Positions 10,104 through 19,195 of a DNA stretch of 64,000 nt are shown here, piece after piece; the stretch's first letter is position 1; the number at the start of each line of letters is the position of its first letter. The notes under the pieces were generated by a model, which was not told the DNA's origin, searched no databases, and was given only the letters and a program-made list of their open reading frames with translations. The position numbers and the translations under genes are program-made. The DNA is taken from positions 3,232,001 to 3,296,000 of the forward strand of contig OY969585.1 in the NCBI GenBank assembly GCA_963701295.1. Direction: 5' to 3'. The DNA comes from Ignavibacteriota bacterium. Its GTDB lineage: Bacteria > Bacteroidota > Ignavibacteria > UBA10030.

Positions 10104-10264
10104 ACAAGAGAGACCATGGAGACCTATTCTGCGAAATCTTTCATCCCTCTTCTTCAATATCTTTTCTATTCTCTTTTCTGCTTTTTCACCCCTCTTTATT
10201 GATTTTCTTTTTAGACATCGGTCTCTACAATAAAAACATTCTTCGTCTTTTGTCATTTTCTTCC

Positions 10265-10293
10265 TTGCCTCCCTTCGCTTTTTTGGCTATATT
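10265..10293 (+). promoter_or_regulatory. sigma70-like promoter of rpmB (TTGCCT-17-TATATT)
   Basis: TTGCCT CCCTTCGCTTTTTTGGC TATATT, followed by a GGAG RBS at 10321. Confidence 0.65.
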
Positions 10294-10330
10294 AAAGTGT
10301 TCAAAATCAAATTTTCAATTGGAGTGGCAC

Positions 10331-10525
10331 ATGGCAAGAATTTGTGAAGTGTGTGGCAAGAAACCTATGGCAGGAAATAATGTCAGCCACGCACATAATC
10401 GAAGTCCGAGGCGTTTTCTTCCTAATCTTCAAAACGCACGTGTGAAATTGGAATCCGGTGAGGTGAAAAAAATTCAAGTGTGTACCAACTGTATCAAATC
10501 CGGGAAGATTAAGAAAGCAGCCTAA
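10331..10525 (+). CDS. rpmB: 50S ribosomal protein L28 (Zn-binding type)
   Basis: [34 protein letters not shown]...VCTNCIKSG; real start at 10331 after GGAG (the ORF-track extension is spurious). Confidence 0.97.
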   Translation: MARICEVCGKKPMAGNNVSHAHNRSPRRFLPNLQNARVKLESGEVKKIQVCTNCIKSGKIKKAA

Positions 10526-10551
10526 TTTTTTTCGTTCAATGTTGTGAACGT

Positions 10552-10581
10552 AAAAAATCCCGCCACTCAGCGGGATTTTTT
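10552..10581 (+). terminator. intrinsic terminator after rpmB
   Basis: AAAAAATCCCGC-CACTCA-GCGGGATTTTTT. Confidence 0.85.
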
Positions 10582-10661
10582 GTCAGTCGCCATGAGACAA
10601 TGACCGTTATCGGCGTGTTTCGAAATATCTTTGAACTCATCAGGAATCTCGAAATTAAACG

Positions 10662-11285
10662 ATGAAATTCTTTTCTCCACCAAACCAATTGACATTTCTG
10701 AGAATTTTGCTCACACCGGTGTTCCTTGTCTTTTTGTTCTCTCCATATCCAATAATACGTCAGTGGTCGCTTGTTGTGTTCATCCTTGCTGCCATCACCG
10801 ATTGGTACGACGGATGGGTCGCGCGACGCTGGGGATACGTAACGCGCTGGGGCACATTCTTTGACCCGCTTGCAGATAAAGTAGTCACTTCAGCGGCTCT
10901 CATTGCATATATCTATCTCGGTTTAGTTGCAGGATGGATGGTATGGATTATCGTCATTCGCGATGCCATCATTACACTTCTCCGTTCCTATGCAGAATAC
11001 AAAGGCAAACCGGTCGAGACATCTAAGCTTGCCAAAATAAAAACGTTCGTGCAGTTCGTTATCATCTGCTATTTACTCATCCTGTACGTTGCCCAGAATA
11101 CACAATCGCTCCGCGAGAACTATGGTGAACTCATTCATACCCTTCTCAATTATTCACTTATCTATTCAATGATGATCATTGTTACAACTCTCACGCTTTG
11201 GACCGGTATCTCCCATATCATTGTTAATTGGAAAACTATCCAGGAACTCTATGGTTCGTCTGATAAAGCCACGCAAACAGATTAG
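10662..11285 (+). CDS. pgsA: CDP-diacylglycerol--glycerol-3-phosphate 3-phosphatidyltransferase
   Basis: PNQLTFLR, DWYDGWVAR...G.FFDPLADK CDP-alcohol phosphatidyltransferase motif. Confidence 0.92.
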   Translation: MKFFSPPNQLTFLRILLTPVFLVFLFSPYPIIRQWSLVVFILAAITDWYDGWVARRWGYVTRWGTFFDPLADKVVTSAALIAYIYLGLVAGWMVWIIVIRDAIITLLRSYAEYKGKPVETSKLAKIKTFVQFVIICYLLILYVAQNTQSLRENYGELIHTLLNYSLIYSMMIIVTTLTLWTGISHIIVNWKTIQELYGSSDKATQTD

Positions 11286-11772
11286 TTCTTCATCGGGCCC
11301 CGAACCCTCGCTGCCGATAAAATTGTTTGCATCCGGATTATATACCGGGTATGTTCCTGCCGCTTCCGGTACTCTCGGCAGCGCGATAGCAGTAGCGTTC
11401 TACTTCATCCCTGGATTCGAGTCACCGCTCATCCTCAGTTTCGTTCTCCTCCTTGTGTTTGGATTAGGCATCAGAGCTTCATCGATTATGGAAAAACGGT
11501 ACGGACACGACCCCGCTGAAGTGACCATCGATGAAGTAGTGGGGATGTGGATAACGCTTTTCGTTCTTCCAAAAGCACTATTGGTTGTACTTGCCGCTTT
11601 TTTTGTTTTTCGCTTCTTCGATATTATCAAACCCATCCCTGCTCGCAAGTTTGACACTATGCATGGCGGGTTTGGCATTATGATGGACGATGTCGTTGCT
11701 GGCATCTATGCAAATATAACAATGCAGCTTCTATTGCTTATTCCGTTTATCAAAAAACTTCTTTTGAGGTAG
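11251..11772 (+). CDS. pgpA: phosphatidylglycerophosphatase A
   Basis: G..PAASGTLGS, DPAEVTIDEVVG, FRFFDIIKP, GIMMDDVVAG. Confidence 0.92.
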   Translation: MVRLIKPRKQISSSSGPEPSLPIKLFASGLYTGYVPAASGTLGSAIAVAFYFIPGFESPLILSFVLLLVFGLGIRASSIMEKRYGHDPAEVTIDEVVGMWITLFVLPKALLVVLAAFFVFRFFDIIKPIPARKFDTMHGGFGIMMDDVVAGIYANITMQLLLLIPFIKKLLLR

Positions 11773-11778
11773 AATACT

Positions 11779-13035
11779 TTGAAAGCGGAAATCATTTCTA
11801 TCGGCGATGAACTCCTTATTGGGCAAGTCATAAATTCCAATCAAGCCTTCATCGCTGAAAAACTGAATTCCGTCGGCGTCTTTGCCGACCGAATGACGAC
11901 GGTGGGAGACGATGAAAAAGAAATTCTTGACGCATTCCAAAAAGCATTCACAACACATGATGTCGTTACCGTTACCGGCGGACTTGGCCCTACACACGAC
12001 GACATCACTCGCGCGGTTACTTGCAAGTTCTTCAATACCGATCTTGTGCTCAACGATGAAGCGCTCGAGAATGTGAAACGAATCTTTGCCCGGCTCAGCG
12101 CGCCGCCGCGGAAAGTAAACGAAGATCAAGCACTCGTACCTCGCGGTTGTATTGTCATCCAAAACCGCCTTGGCACTGCACCAGGGTACTTCTTCGATCG
12201 TGATGGCAAATTCTTTTTTATCATGCCTGGTGTTCCCTATGAAATGAAGGCGATGATGGGCGACTATGTCCTCCCGTTTCTCAAAAAACAAAATACGGGA
12301 CTGGTCATTCGTCACCTCACTTTAAAAACTACGGGTATTGCAGAATCATTTCTTGCTGAACAAATTGGAGATGTGAAAAATCTTTTCGCAGAGGATTCCG
12401 GCATTACTCTCGCGTTTCTGCCAAGTCCGCTTGGTGTGCGTCTGCGCATTACGGCTAAAGCGAAATCTGTTGATGAAGTTGAACAGAATATTCGGGATGT
12501 CGAGTCAAAACTGCGCAGCAAAGCAGGGAAGTATATCTACGCAAGCGGCGATAAAGAGTTAGAAAAGGTCGTCGGCACATTATTGAAAGAACAAAAGTTC
12601 ACACTCGCCGTCGCGGAATCATGCACCGGCGGGTTGATGGCCGACCGAATAACAAATATTTCCGGAAGTTCAGAGTATTTCGAACGCGGAATGATCACTT
12701 ACAGCAACAAATCCAAAATACAGGAACTCGGTGTTCCATCCGACTTCATCAAACAATATGGTGCTGTAAGCCGTCAAGTTGCTGAGGCGATGGCGTTTGG
12801 CATTCGCACAAAATCTAATGCTGACATCGGAATTTCTACAACCGGCATCGCAGGTCCAACAGGCGCCTCTGCAAAAAAACCCGTCGGACTTGTGTGGATT
12901 GGATATTCGGATAAAAATGAAACATTCGCGCTACAGTTCAATTTTGGCGGAGAACGCAGAATCATCAAAGAACGAGCTGCACAAGCTGCATTGGAGTTAG
13001 TAAGACGGAAAATATTGAGAATCTCCGAGCAATAA
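11779..13035 (+). CDS. cinA: competence/damage-inducible protein CinA (MoCF-like domain + PncC NMN deamidase)
   Basis: IGDELLIG, GGLGPTHDDIT, AESCTGG, GAVS, TGIAGP; TTG start. Confidence 0.95.
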   Translation: MKAEIISIGDELLIGQVINSNQAFIAEKLNSVGVFADRMTTVGDDEKEILDAFQKAFTTHDVVTVTGGLGPTHDDITRAVTCKFFNTDLVLNDEALENVKRIFARLSAPPRKVNEDQALVPRGCIVIQNRLGTAPGYFFDRDGKFFFIMPGVPYEMKAMMGDYVLPFLKKQNTGLVIRHLTLKTTGIAESFLAEQIGDVKNLFAEDSGITLAFLPSPLGVRLRITAKAKSVDEVEQNIRDVESKLRSKAGKYIYASGDKELEKVVGTLLKEQKFTLAVAESCTGGLMADRITNISGSSEYFERGMITYSNKSKIQELGVPSDFIKQYGAVSRQVAEAMAFGIRTKSNADIGISTTGIAGPTGASAKKPVGLVWIGYSDKNETFALQFNFGGERRIIKERAAQAALELVRRKILRISEQ

Positions 13036-13036
13036 C

Positions 13037-13600
13037 ATGTCTGCCATCCGCACATTCATTGCCCTCCCCGCTTCAAGTGATGTTCAACAGCAAATGACGG
13101 TTGTGCAATCCGAGCTGAAAGCATCACAAGCAGATGTGAAGTGGGAGCTGCAGGATAAATTTCATATTACTTTAAAATTTTTAGGGAGTGTTGAACTGTC
13201 GAACATCGAATCACTCTCGTCGGCACTCGCAGGTATGGTAAAGCAAATTCCGGCTTTCGAACTCATGTATAATTCACTCGGCGTTTTTCCAAATCTTCAT
13301 AATCCACGCGTGATTTGGATTGGCACGAAATCCAATCAGGTGGTGCTCGATCTGCAATCGAGCGTAGAGCGAGTGTGCTCGGATTTCGGCTTCCAGAAAG
13401 AAGAACGCGCTTTTCATCCGCATATTACATTTGGCAGAGTGAAAGGAACACGCAATCTTACACGCTTGACTGAAGCGATAAAAACCGTTACTTTTGAACC
13501 AATGCAATCACGATGTTCTGAATTGTTGTTGATGAAAAGCGACCTTCGACCGAGCGGTTCCATCTATACAATTTTGAAATCATTTCCTCTTCAACCTTAA
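13037..13600 (+). CDS. thpR: RNA 2',3'-cyclic phosphodiesterase (2H family)
   Basis: Two HxT motifs ([18 protein letters not shown]); classic cinA-thpR-recA synteny. Confidence 0.92.
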   Translation: MSAIRTFIALPASSDVQQQMTVVQSELKASQADVKWELQDKFHITLKFLGSVELSNIESLSSALAGMVKQIPAFELMYNSLGVFPNLHNPRVIWIGTKSNQVVLDLQSSVERVCSDFGFQKEERAFHPHITFGRVKGTRNLTRLTEAIKTVTFEPMQSRCSELLLMKSDLRPSGSIYTILKSFPLQP

Positions 13601-13613
13601 AAGGGAGAGCTCT

Positions 13614-14696
13614 ATGTCTGAAAACAATAAAGAAGCAAAACTGGCAGCACTTAAAATTGCCATCGACCAAATCGAGAAACAGCACGGCAAAGGATCCATC
13701 ATGCGATTGAATGAAGGGCCGATTGCCAAAATTGATGCGATCTCCACAGGTTCCATTTCATTGGATGCCGCATTGGGTATCGGCGGTGTGCCGCGCGGAC
13801 GGGTGATTGAAATCTACGGCCCGGAATCTTCCGGTAAAACGACCATCTGTTTGCACATCATTGCCGAAGCACAGAAGTCCGGCGGCTTAGCGGCATTCAT
13901 CGACACCGAGCATGCGATGGACATTGCTTATGCCAAGAAGTTAGGCGTTGATGTGAACAATCTCCTTCTCTCCCAACCCGAGTTTGGCGAGCAAGCGCTC
14001 GAAATTGTAGAGACGTTAGTTCGCAGCAATGCAATCGATATCATCGTTATTGATTCAGTTGCTGCGTTGACACCGCGTGCTGAAATTGAAGGCGAGATGG
14101 GTGATCCTACAATGGGTGTTCAAGCGCGGTTAATGTCGCAGGCGCTGCGTAAACTCACATCCGCAATCAGCAAATCCAAAACATCAGTGATGTTTACAAA
14201 TCAACTCCGCCAGAAAATCGGCGTGATGTTCGGGAATCCTGAGACCACGACCGGCGGCAATGCATTGAAATTCTATGCGTCCGTGCGATTGGATATCCGC
14301 CGCATCGAAGCGATTAAAGATGGAACCAATGTCATCGGCAATCGCACGCGTGTAAAAGTAGTCAAGAACAAAGTGGCGCCGCCATTCAAGGAAGCGCAAT
14401 TTGATATTCTGTACAATGAAGGCATTTCCAAACTCGGCGATTTGATTGACACTGCTGTCGAACTCAATGTCATAGTAAAAAGCGGCTCGTGGTTCTCCTA
14501 TAAAGATGACCGCATCGGACAAGGGCGCGATTCGGTTAAAACGTTCCTTCAAGCCAATCCGAATATTGCGAAAGAAATTGATACTGAACTTCGCAGGAAA
14601 CTCGGACTCTTGCCCGCGGAACCGACTCCCGCTCATGTAAAAGCAGATAAAGCGGAAAAGGCAGAAGGACCAGCGCCAGCAATGAAGAAAAAGTAA
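13614..14696 (+). CDS. recA: recombinase RecA
   Basis: [40 protein letters not shown]. Confidence 0.99.
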   Translation: MSENNKEAKLAALKIAIDQIEKQHGKGSIMRLNEGPIAKIDAISTGSISLDAALGIGGVPRGRVIEIYGPESSGKTTICLHIIAEAQKSGGLAAFIDTEHAMDIAYAKKLGVDVNNLLLSQPEFGEQALEIVETLVRSNAIDIIVIDSVAALTPRAEIEGEMGDPTMGVQARLMSQALRKLTSAISKSKTSVMFTNQLRQKIGVMFGNPETTTGGNALKFYASVRLDIRRIEAIKDGTNVIGNRTRVKVVKNKVAPPFKEAQFDILYNEGISKLGDLIDTAVELNVIVKSGSWFSYKDDRIGQGRDSVKTFLQANPNIAKEIDTELRRKLGLLPAEPTPAHVKADKAEKAEGPAPAMKKK

Positions 14697-14712
14697 AAGG
14701 GAGTCGCAAACT

Positions 14713-14731
14713 TCCGCCAAAAAAAGGCGGA
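14713..14731. repeat. short TCCGCC-A7-GGCGGA palindrome at the recA/islet junction
   Basis: Perfect 6-bp stem; no U-tract on +, so more REP-like than terminator-like. Confidence 0.4.
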
Positions 14732-14835
14732 CAAGTTAGCTTGTGGTTTTGGCATATTTCAAAACTATTTTGGACAGCGGTGAAAATTTATCTCAAATGA
14801 CAAAATGAAATAATTCTGAAGAAAGAAGGTAAATA

Positions 14836-15357
14836 GTGAACATATTTGGAAAAAAGGAAATTGATAATAAGAAAGATGAATTATACGAAGCCGTAGAGAA
14901 TAACGATATTGATAAAATTAAACAGTTATTAAGTAAGGGTGCTGATATAAATAAAAAATATATCATGGGAGAAACTGTTGTAACTGTTTTAAAAATTGCA
15001 GCAAATAAGGGTAATTTTGAAATAGTACAATTATTAATTGAAAATGGTGTTGATATAAATGCTGAAACGGGTAAAGGTGAGTCTGCATTAGCGAGATCAG
15101 TAAATATGAAAAATTATAACGTTACAGAATTGCTAATTAATAATGGCGCTGATATAAATATTAAAAGCAGTTCTGGTTCAACCCTATTAATGGATGCAGC
15201 AAGAAATGGAGATTTAAATACTGTTAAATTATTAGTAGAAAAAGGTATCGAAATAAATACAAGACAAGAACAAGGATTTACAGCGTTAAGATGGGCAAAA
15301 GGAATGAACAGATATGATGTGATTGATTATTTGCAATCTAAAGGAGCTATTATCTAA
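14836..15357 (+). CDS. ankyrin-repeat protein (about 4 repeats), AT-rich
   Basis: Repeated A..G....V.LLIE.GADIN units; GTG start after AGAAGG. Confidence 0.9.
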   Translation: MNIFGKKEIDNKKDELYEAVENNDIDKIKQLLSKGADINKKYIMGETVVTVLKIAANKGNFEIVQLLIENGVDINAETGKGESALARSVNMKNYNVTELLINNGADINIKSSSGSTLLMDAARNGDLNTVKLLVEKGIEINTRQEQGFTALRWAKGMNRYDVIDYLQSKGAII

Positions 15358-15391
15358 TACTACTAACTTAATTATAGGGGAGGAAACTAAA

Positions 15392-15652
15392 ATGAACATT
15401 TTCAGCAGTTTATTCGGTAGAAATAGAAATACGAGTAGGGATATTTCTAATTCTGATAATTCCAGAGAAATAGAATTTGTTATTCCTTGTGGAATTTGTG
15501 GTTATAAAACGAATGTAAGAGTTGTAATTGATTGGGTAGGTAATATTTTATCGGGAGAAGGTAAGAATCACAGATTTCTTTGTCTCAATTGTAATAAGTA
15601 TTTTTTAGTTGATAAGGAATCGTTGAAGCAGTATACAAATAGATTTGTTTAA
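15392..15652 (+). CDS. small putative zinc-ribbon protein (CxxC...CxxC), AT-rich
   Basis: Strong RBS GGGGAGG before ATG 15392; IPCGICG and FLCLNCN. Confidence 0.7.
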   Translation: MNIFSSLFGRNRNTSRDISNSDNSREIEFVIPCGICGYKTNVRVVIDWVGNILSGEGKNHRFLCLNCNKYFLVDKESLKQYTNRFV

Positions 15653-15698
15653 AGAATTGCTGAAAAGAATATTGAGATAATATTACTGATTTACTACT

Positions 15699-16337
15699 TT
15701 GATCATTACAAAAATTCAACGGATACGTGGGAAGCGTGCACAGTACGGTGTGTACCTTGATGGATCGCTCGCATTACAGTTGAGTGACTGGACGATCGGG
15801 AAGTTTGGCATGCGCACTGGCGATGATCTGGATGAGCAGACGGTCGATACACTCAAGTCGGCAGAAGCAGAATCACGGGCAAAGAATATCGCCATCAACT
15901 ATTTATCGTATCGGCCGAGAAGCTCGAAAGAAATCACTTTCCATTTGACGAAGAAAGGATTTAAGCACGAGTGCGCTGAAAACGTGACCCGGTATCTTCA
16001 ATCGATAAAAATGATCGACGATAACAAATTTGCGCACGCCTTCGTGCGAGACAGCTTGAAAAGAAAGCCGACGGGTCAGGCTCTGCTGCGTCAGCAGTTA
16101 TTGGCAAAAGGAATTTCGTCTGCAATGGCGGATACGGTTCTTGCAGAACTTGTTTCACCGCAGAGCCAGCAGGCATCGGCACTTCAGGCGGCAAAACGAA
16201 AAATACAATTGACGCAGCATGTAACAAAAAAGATTGACACAGAAAAACGAAAGAAACGCATTCTCGACTTCCTCCTGCGCCGGGGTTTTTCGTATGAAAT
16301 TGCATTAAAAACTATTCACACCACACTGGATCACTAA
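15699..16337 (+). CDS. recX: regulatory protein RecX
   Basis: AINYLSYRPRSSKEI, IDDNKFA, LLAKGIS, FLLRRGFS. Confidence 0.92.
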   Translation: MIITKIQRIRGKRAQYGVYLDGSLALQLSDWTIGKFGMRTGDDLDEQTVDTLKSAEAESRAKNIAINYLSYRPRSSKEITFHLTKKGFKHECAENVTRYLQSIKMIDDNKFAHAFVRDSLKRKPTGQALLRQQLLAKGISSAMADTVLAELVSPQSQQASALQAAKRKIQLTQHVTKKIDTEKRKKRILDFLLRRGFSYEIALKTIHTTLDH

Positions 16338-16340
16338 CCG

Positions 16341-17390
16341 ATGCAACTGTCTCATTCAATTTCCAACAAACCGTTTATAAAAGTTGTTGTTATTGTCGGG
16401 TTGATTATTCTTGGCTTCTGGATTGCATCTTTCTTCCCCGACCTCGTTCTCACACTCATCGTCTCAACTCTTACAGCGTTCATTTTAAAACCACTCGTCC
16501 GGTTTCTGGAATTTCGATTTGGTCTAAAGCGCTGGTTCGCCATCACAGTGGTTTTTTTACTAGTCGGCGGAATGGCCCTATTCATACTCATAGAGACTAT
16601 TCCCCTCTTACTAAGTCGTATCCGCTTGATGTATGAACAGCTGAAAAATTTCCCCTTTGAGGCAAAACTCACTCTCATGGCAAAGGAAATGTCAGCTCAT
16701 ATTCCGTTTGTAGATCCCTCAACCATTGGATATAAAGTTCATACATTTGTGCAACAGTTGCTTGATTCTCTTGGCGAAACGACCGAAACTGTGGCTTCCT
16801 ATCTGGTGAATCTTCTCATTATTCCCTTCATCACTTATTTCATCCTTGCAGAGGGAGACATCGGATTAAAAAAATTTGTGGAAAGAATCCCCAATAAGTA
16901 TTTTGAGATGTCGCTCAATATCATGGATAAATTACAACGAGAGCTTGTTTCGTACTTACGGGGATTGATCCTTGAATGCAGCATCGTCGGCGGACTGTCT
17001 ATGATTGGATTTATGATTATTGGTGTTCCGTACGCTATCGTTATTGGAGTACTTACAGGAATCGCGAATCTCGTTCCGTATCTGGGTTTCATTACTGGTG
17101 CAGGCATTGCCCTTATCGCATCATTGACACAGACAGGCGATTTCCGCATGCTGGTTCCGATTGTCATTCTTACTGCGGTCGTCCGACTCATCGACGATCT
17201 TATTTTGCAGCCCCTCTGTTTTGGTAAATCTTTAGATATGCATCCGGTGGCTGTTGTGCTTACACTTATTATCGGCCATCAACTGATGGGAGTTGCAGGA
17301 ATGGTCATCTCTATTCCCATTGCAACGATTCTCCGCGTCTCTGCAAAAGAAACATATTGGGGATTGAAGCACTACACCATTTCGGCATAA
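16341..17390 (+). CDS. AI-2E family transporter
   Basis: AFILKPLV, NLVPYLG, LQPL.FGKSLDMHP, G.AGMVISIP. Confidence 0.9.
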   Translation: MQLSHSISNKPFIKVVVIVGLIILGFWIASFFPDLVLTLIVSTLTAFILKPLVRFLEFRFGLKRWFAITVVFLLVGGMALFILIETIPLLLSRIRLMYEQLKNFPFEAKLTLMAKEMSAHIPFVDPSTIGYKVHTFVQQLLDSLGETTETVASYLVNLLIIPFITYFILAEGDIGLKKFVERIPNKYFEMSLNIMDKLQRELVSYLRGLILECSIVGGLSMIGFMIIGVPYAIVIGVLTGIANLVPYLGFITGAGIALIASLTQTGDFRMLVPIVILTAVVRLIDDLILQPLCFGKSLDMHPVAVVLTLIIGHQLMGVAGMVISIPIATILRVSAKETYWGLKHYTISA

Positions 17391-17396
17391 GGCATC

Positions 17397-18464
17397 ATGT
17401 CCACTGTATCCATGCAACTGACAAAGACGAAATCCAACCGACCGTTGGTGAAGGTTCTCTTCCTTCTGAGCATCATTGTTGCTGCGTTTTGGATCGCTTC
17501 CTTCTTTCCAGATCTTATTCTTACACTCATCCTCTCTCTCTTCTTAGCATTCATTCTTCGCCCGTACGTTTTTTTTCTTGAGTTCCGGCTCGGTATCCGC
17601 AGAATGTATTCTGTCGTCATTATCTTCCTTCTCATTGGCGGGATATTGGTTCTTGGCGGTGTCGTGCTCGTACCGATTGCCATCGAACGGTTGAAAGTGC
17701 TGTATGACAGTTTCAAGAATTTTCCCCTCGACCAAAAGCTGAACGAAGCCGCTATGAATATAACATCCGGTATTCCGTTCTTAAACCCAGAGATCGTTAC
17801 AAGGAAAGTTCACGAATTTATTCAAAGCGGATTGCAATCGCTCAACGATATACTGGCTTCTGCCGCCGGATTTCTTGTGAATCTCGTCATCATTCCCTTC
17901 CTTACATTTTTTATTCTTGCGGAAGGCGACACGGCATTTAAGAGAACCATCGAGCGTATACCGAATAAATATTTTGAAATGACTCTGAACGTACTGCATA
18001 AAATTCAATTGGAGCTTGTCGGATATTTACGTGGTTGGATTCTTGATTCCCTTATTGTCGGCATGCTGAATATCATCGGGTTCTACATCATCGGCGTCCA
18101 TTACGCAATCCTTCTCGGTATTTTTGCGGGAATATGTAATCTCATCCCCTATGTCGGGCCGTTCTTCGGCGTGGTTCCTGCACTTCTGATTTCCCTGACA
18201 CAATATGGAGATTTTAGGCAGGCATTTTTAATTCTCGCGGTAACATTGATGCTTGTACAACTGCTCGATAACGTTCTTATTCAACCTCTTTGCTTTTCGA
18301 AGACGGTCGATATGCATCCCGTCACCGTGATCATCGTATTGATTATTGGGAATTCTTTAATGGGAATTTCCGGAATGCTGCTCGCTATTCCTCTTGCGAC
18401 GATTCTTATGGTGTCCGCTGTTGAAACGTATTGGGGATTGAAGAATTATCAGATCACCGCATAA
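17397..18464 (+). CDS. AI-2E family transporter (tandem paralogue)
   Basis: Same motifs (NLIPYVGP, IQPL.F...DMHP); clear paralogue of the upstream gene. Confidence 0.9.
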   Translation: MSTVSMQLTKTKSNRPLVKVLFLLSIIVAAFWIASFFPDLILTLILSLFLAFILRPYVFFLEFRLGIRRMYSVVIIFLLIGGILVLGGVVLVPIAIERLKVLYDSFKNFPLDQKLNEAAMNITSGIPFLNPEIVTRKVHEFIQSGLQSLNDILASAAGFLVNLVIIPFLTFFILAEGDTAFKRTIERIPNKYFEMTLNVLHKIQLELVGYLRGWILDSLIVGMLNIIGFYIIGVHYAILLGIFAGICNLIPYVGPFFGVVPALLISLTQYGDFRQAFLILAVTLMLVQLLDNVLIQPLCFSKTVDMHPVTVIIVLIIGNSLMGISGMLLAIPLATILMVSAVETYWGLKNYQITA

Positions 18465-18484
18465 CCATTTTATCGGAGGGACCT

Positions 18485-19153
18485 ATGGCAAAGGTTGTTT
18501 TTGATATTGAAACGCTTGGATATCCGCTTGAGTCTTTTGATGAAGCACAGCAAAAATATCTTCTCAAGTTTTCAGAAACGGAAGCCGAGCGCGAAGAAGC
18601 GATTCAGAAACTCAGCCTCTATCCTACCACAGCACAGGTCATCGCCATTGGATTATTGAACCCGGAAACTGGCCGCGGAAAAATTCTTTTTCAGGCAAAC
18701 GAGCCTTTGAATTATTCATCCGATGATGGTGCAATTCAATTTGTGACGGGAACTGAAAAGGAAATCCTTGAACAATTCTGGCAAAATATTGCGCATTACG
18801 ATCAATTCATTACATTTAACGGGCGCGGATTTGATTGCCCATTTTTGATGCTTCGCTCAGCTATCCTGCAAGTGCAGCCCACACGCAACCTGATGCCCTA
18901 CCGTTATGACGCTTCCATTCACTGCGATTTGTTAGAACAGTTCACATTCTATAATGCCTTTCGCAAGTTTAATTTAGATTTTTATTGCAAGTCTTTCGGT
19001 ATTGAAAGCCCAAAAGCACACGGCATTACAGGACTGGATATGAAACAGTTGTTTGAAGAAAAAAAATATCGCGAAATTGCGGAATATAATCTTGGCGACT
19101 TAAAAGCTACAACGGAACTATTTAAAAGATGGGAGAAGTTTTTAAATGTTTAA
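18485..19153 (+). CDS. PolB-exonuclease-like stand-alone 3'-5' exonuclease (RNase H-like, DEDDy)
   Basis: FDIET, FNGRGFD, YNLGD motifs; GGAGG RBS before ATG 18485. Confidence 0.85.
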   Translation: MAKVVFDIETLGYPLESFDEAQQKYLLKFSETEAEREEAIQKLSLYPTTAQVIAIGLLNPETGRGKILFQANEPLNYSSDDGAIQFVTGTEKEILEQFWQNIAHYDQFITFNGRGFDCPFLMLRSAILQVQPTRNLMPYRYDASIHCDLLEQFTFYNAFRKFNLDFYCKSFGIESPKAHGITGLDMKQLFEEKKYREIAEYNLGDLKATTELFKRWEKFLNV

Positions 19154-19195
19154 ATCCTACGCAACATACTCTATCACTATCTCACGAGGAAAATA

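Noticed and set aside
10047-10256. 69-aa K/R-rich ORF with two CxxC motifs upstream of the polyamine operon (possible polyamine-sensing leader peptide)
   Set aside because: The operon's apparent promoter (10075-10103) lies inside it, and its apparent GGAGG RBS overlaps the reverse complement of the rpmB -35 region; the K/R/E bias follows from a purine-rich strand. Ribosome profiling would be needed to revive it.
10088-10330. 81-aa N-terminal extension of L28 in the ORF track
   Set aside because: The rpmB promoter and RBS lie within it; L28 homology starts at 10331
14697-15698. Integron cassette interpretation of the ankyrin islet
   Set aside because: No paired RYYYAAC/GTTRRRY attC structure and no integrase seen
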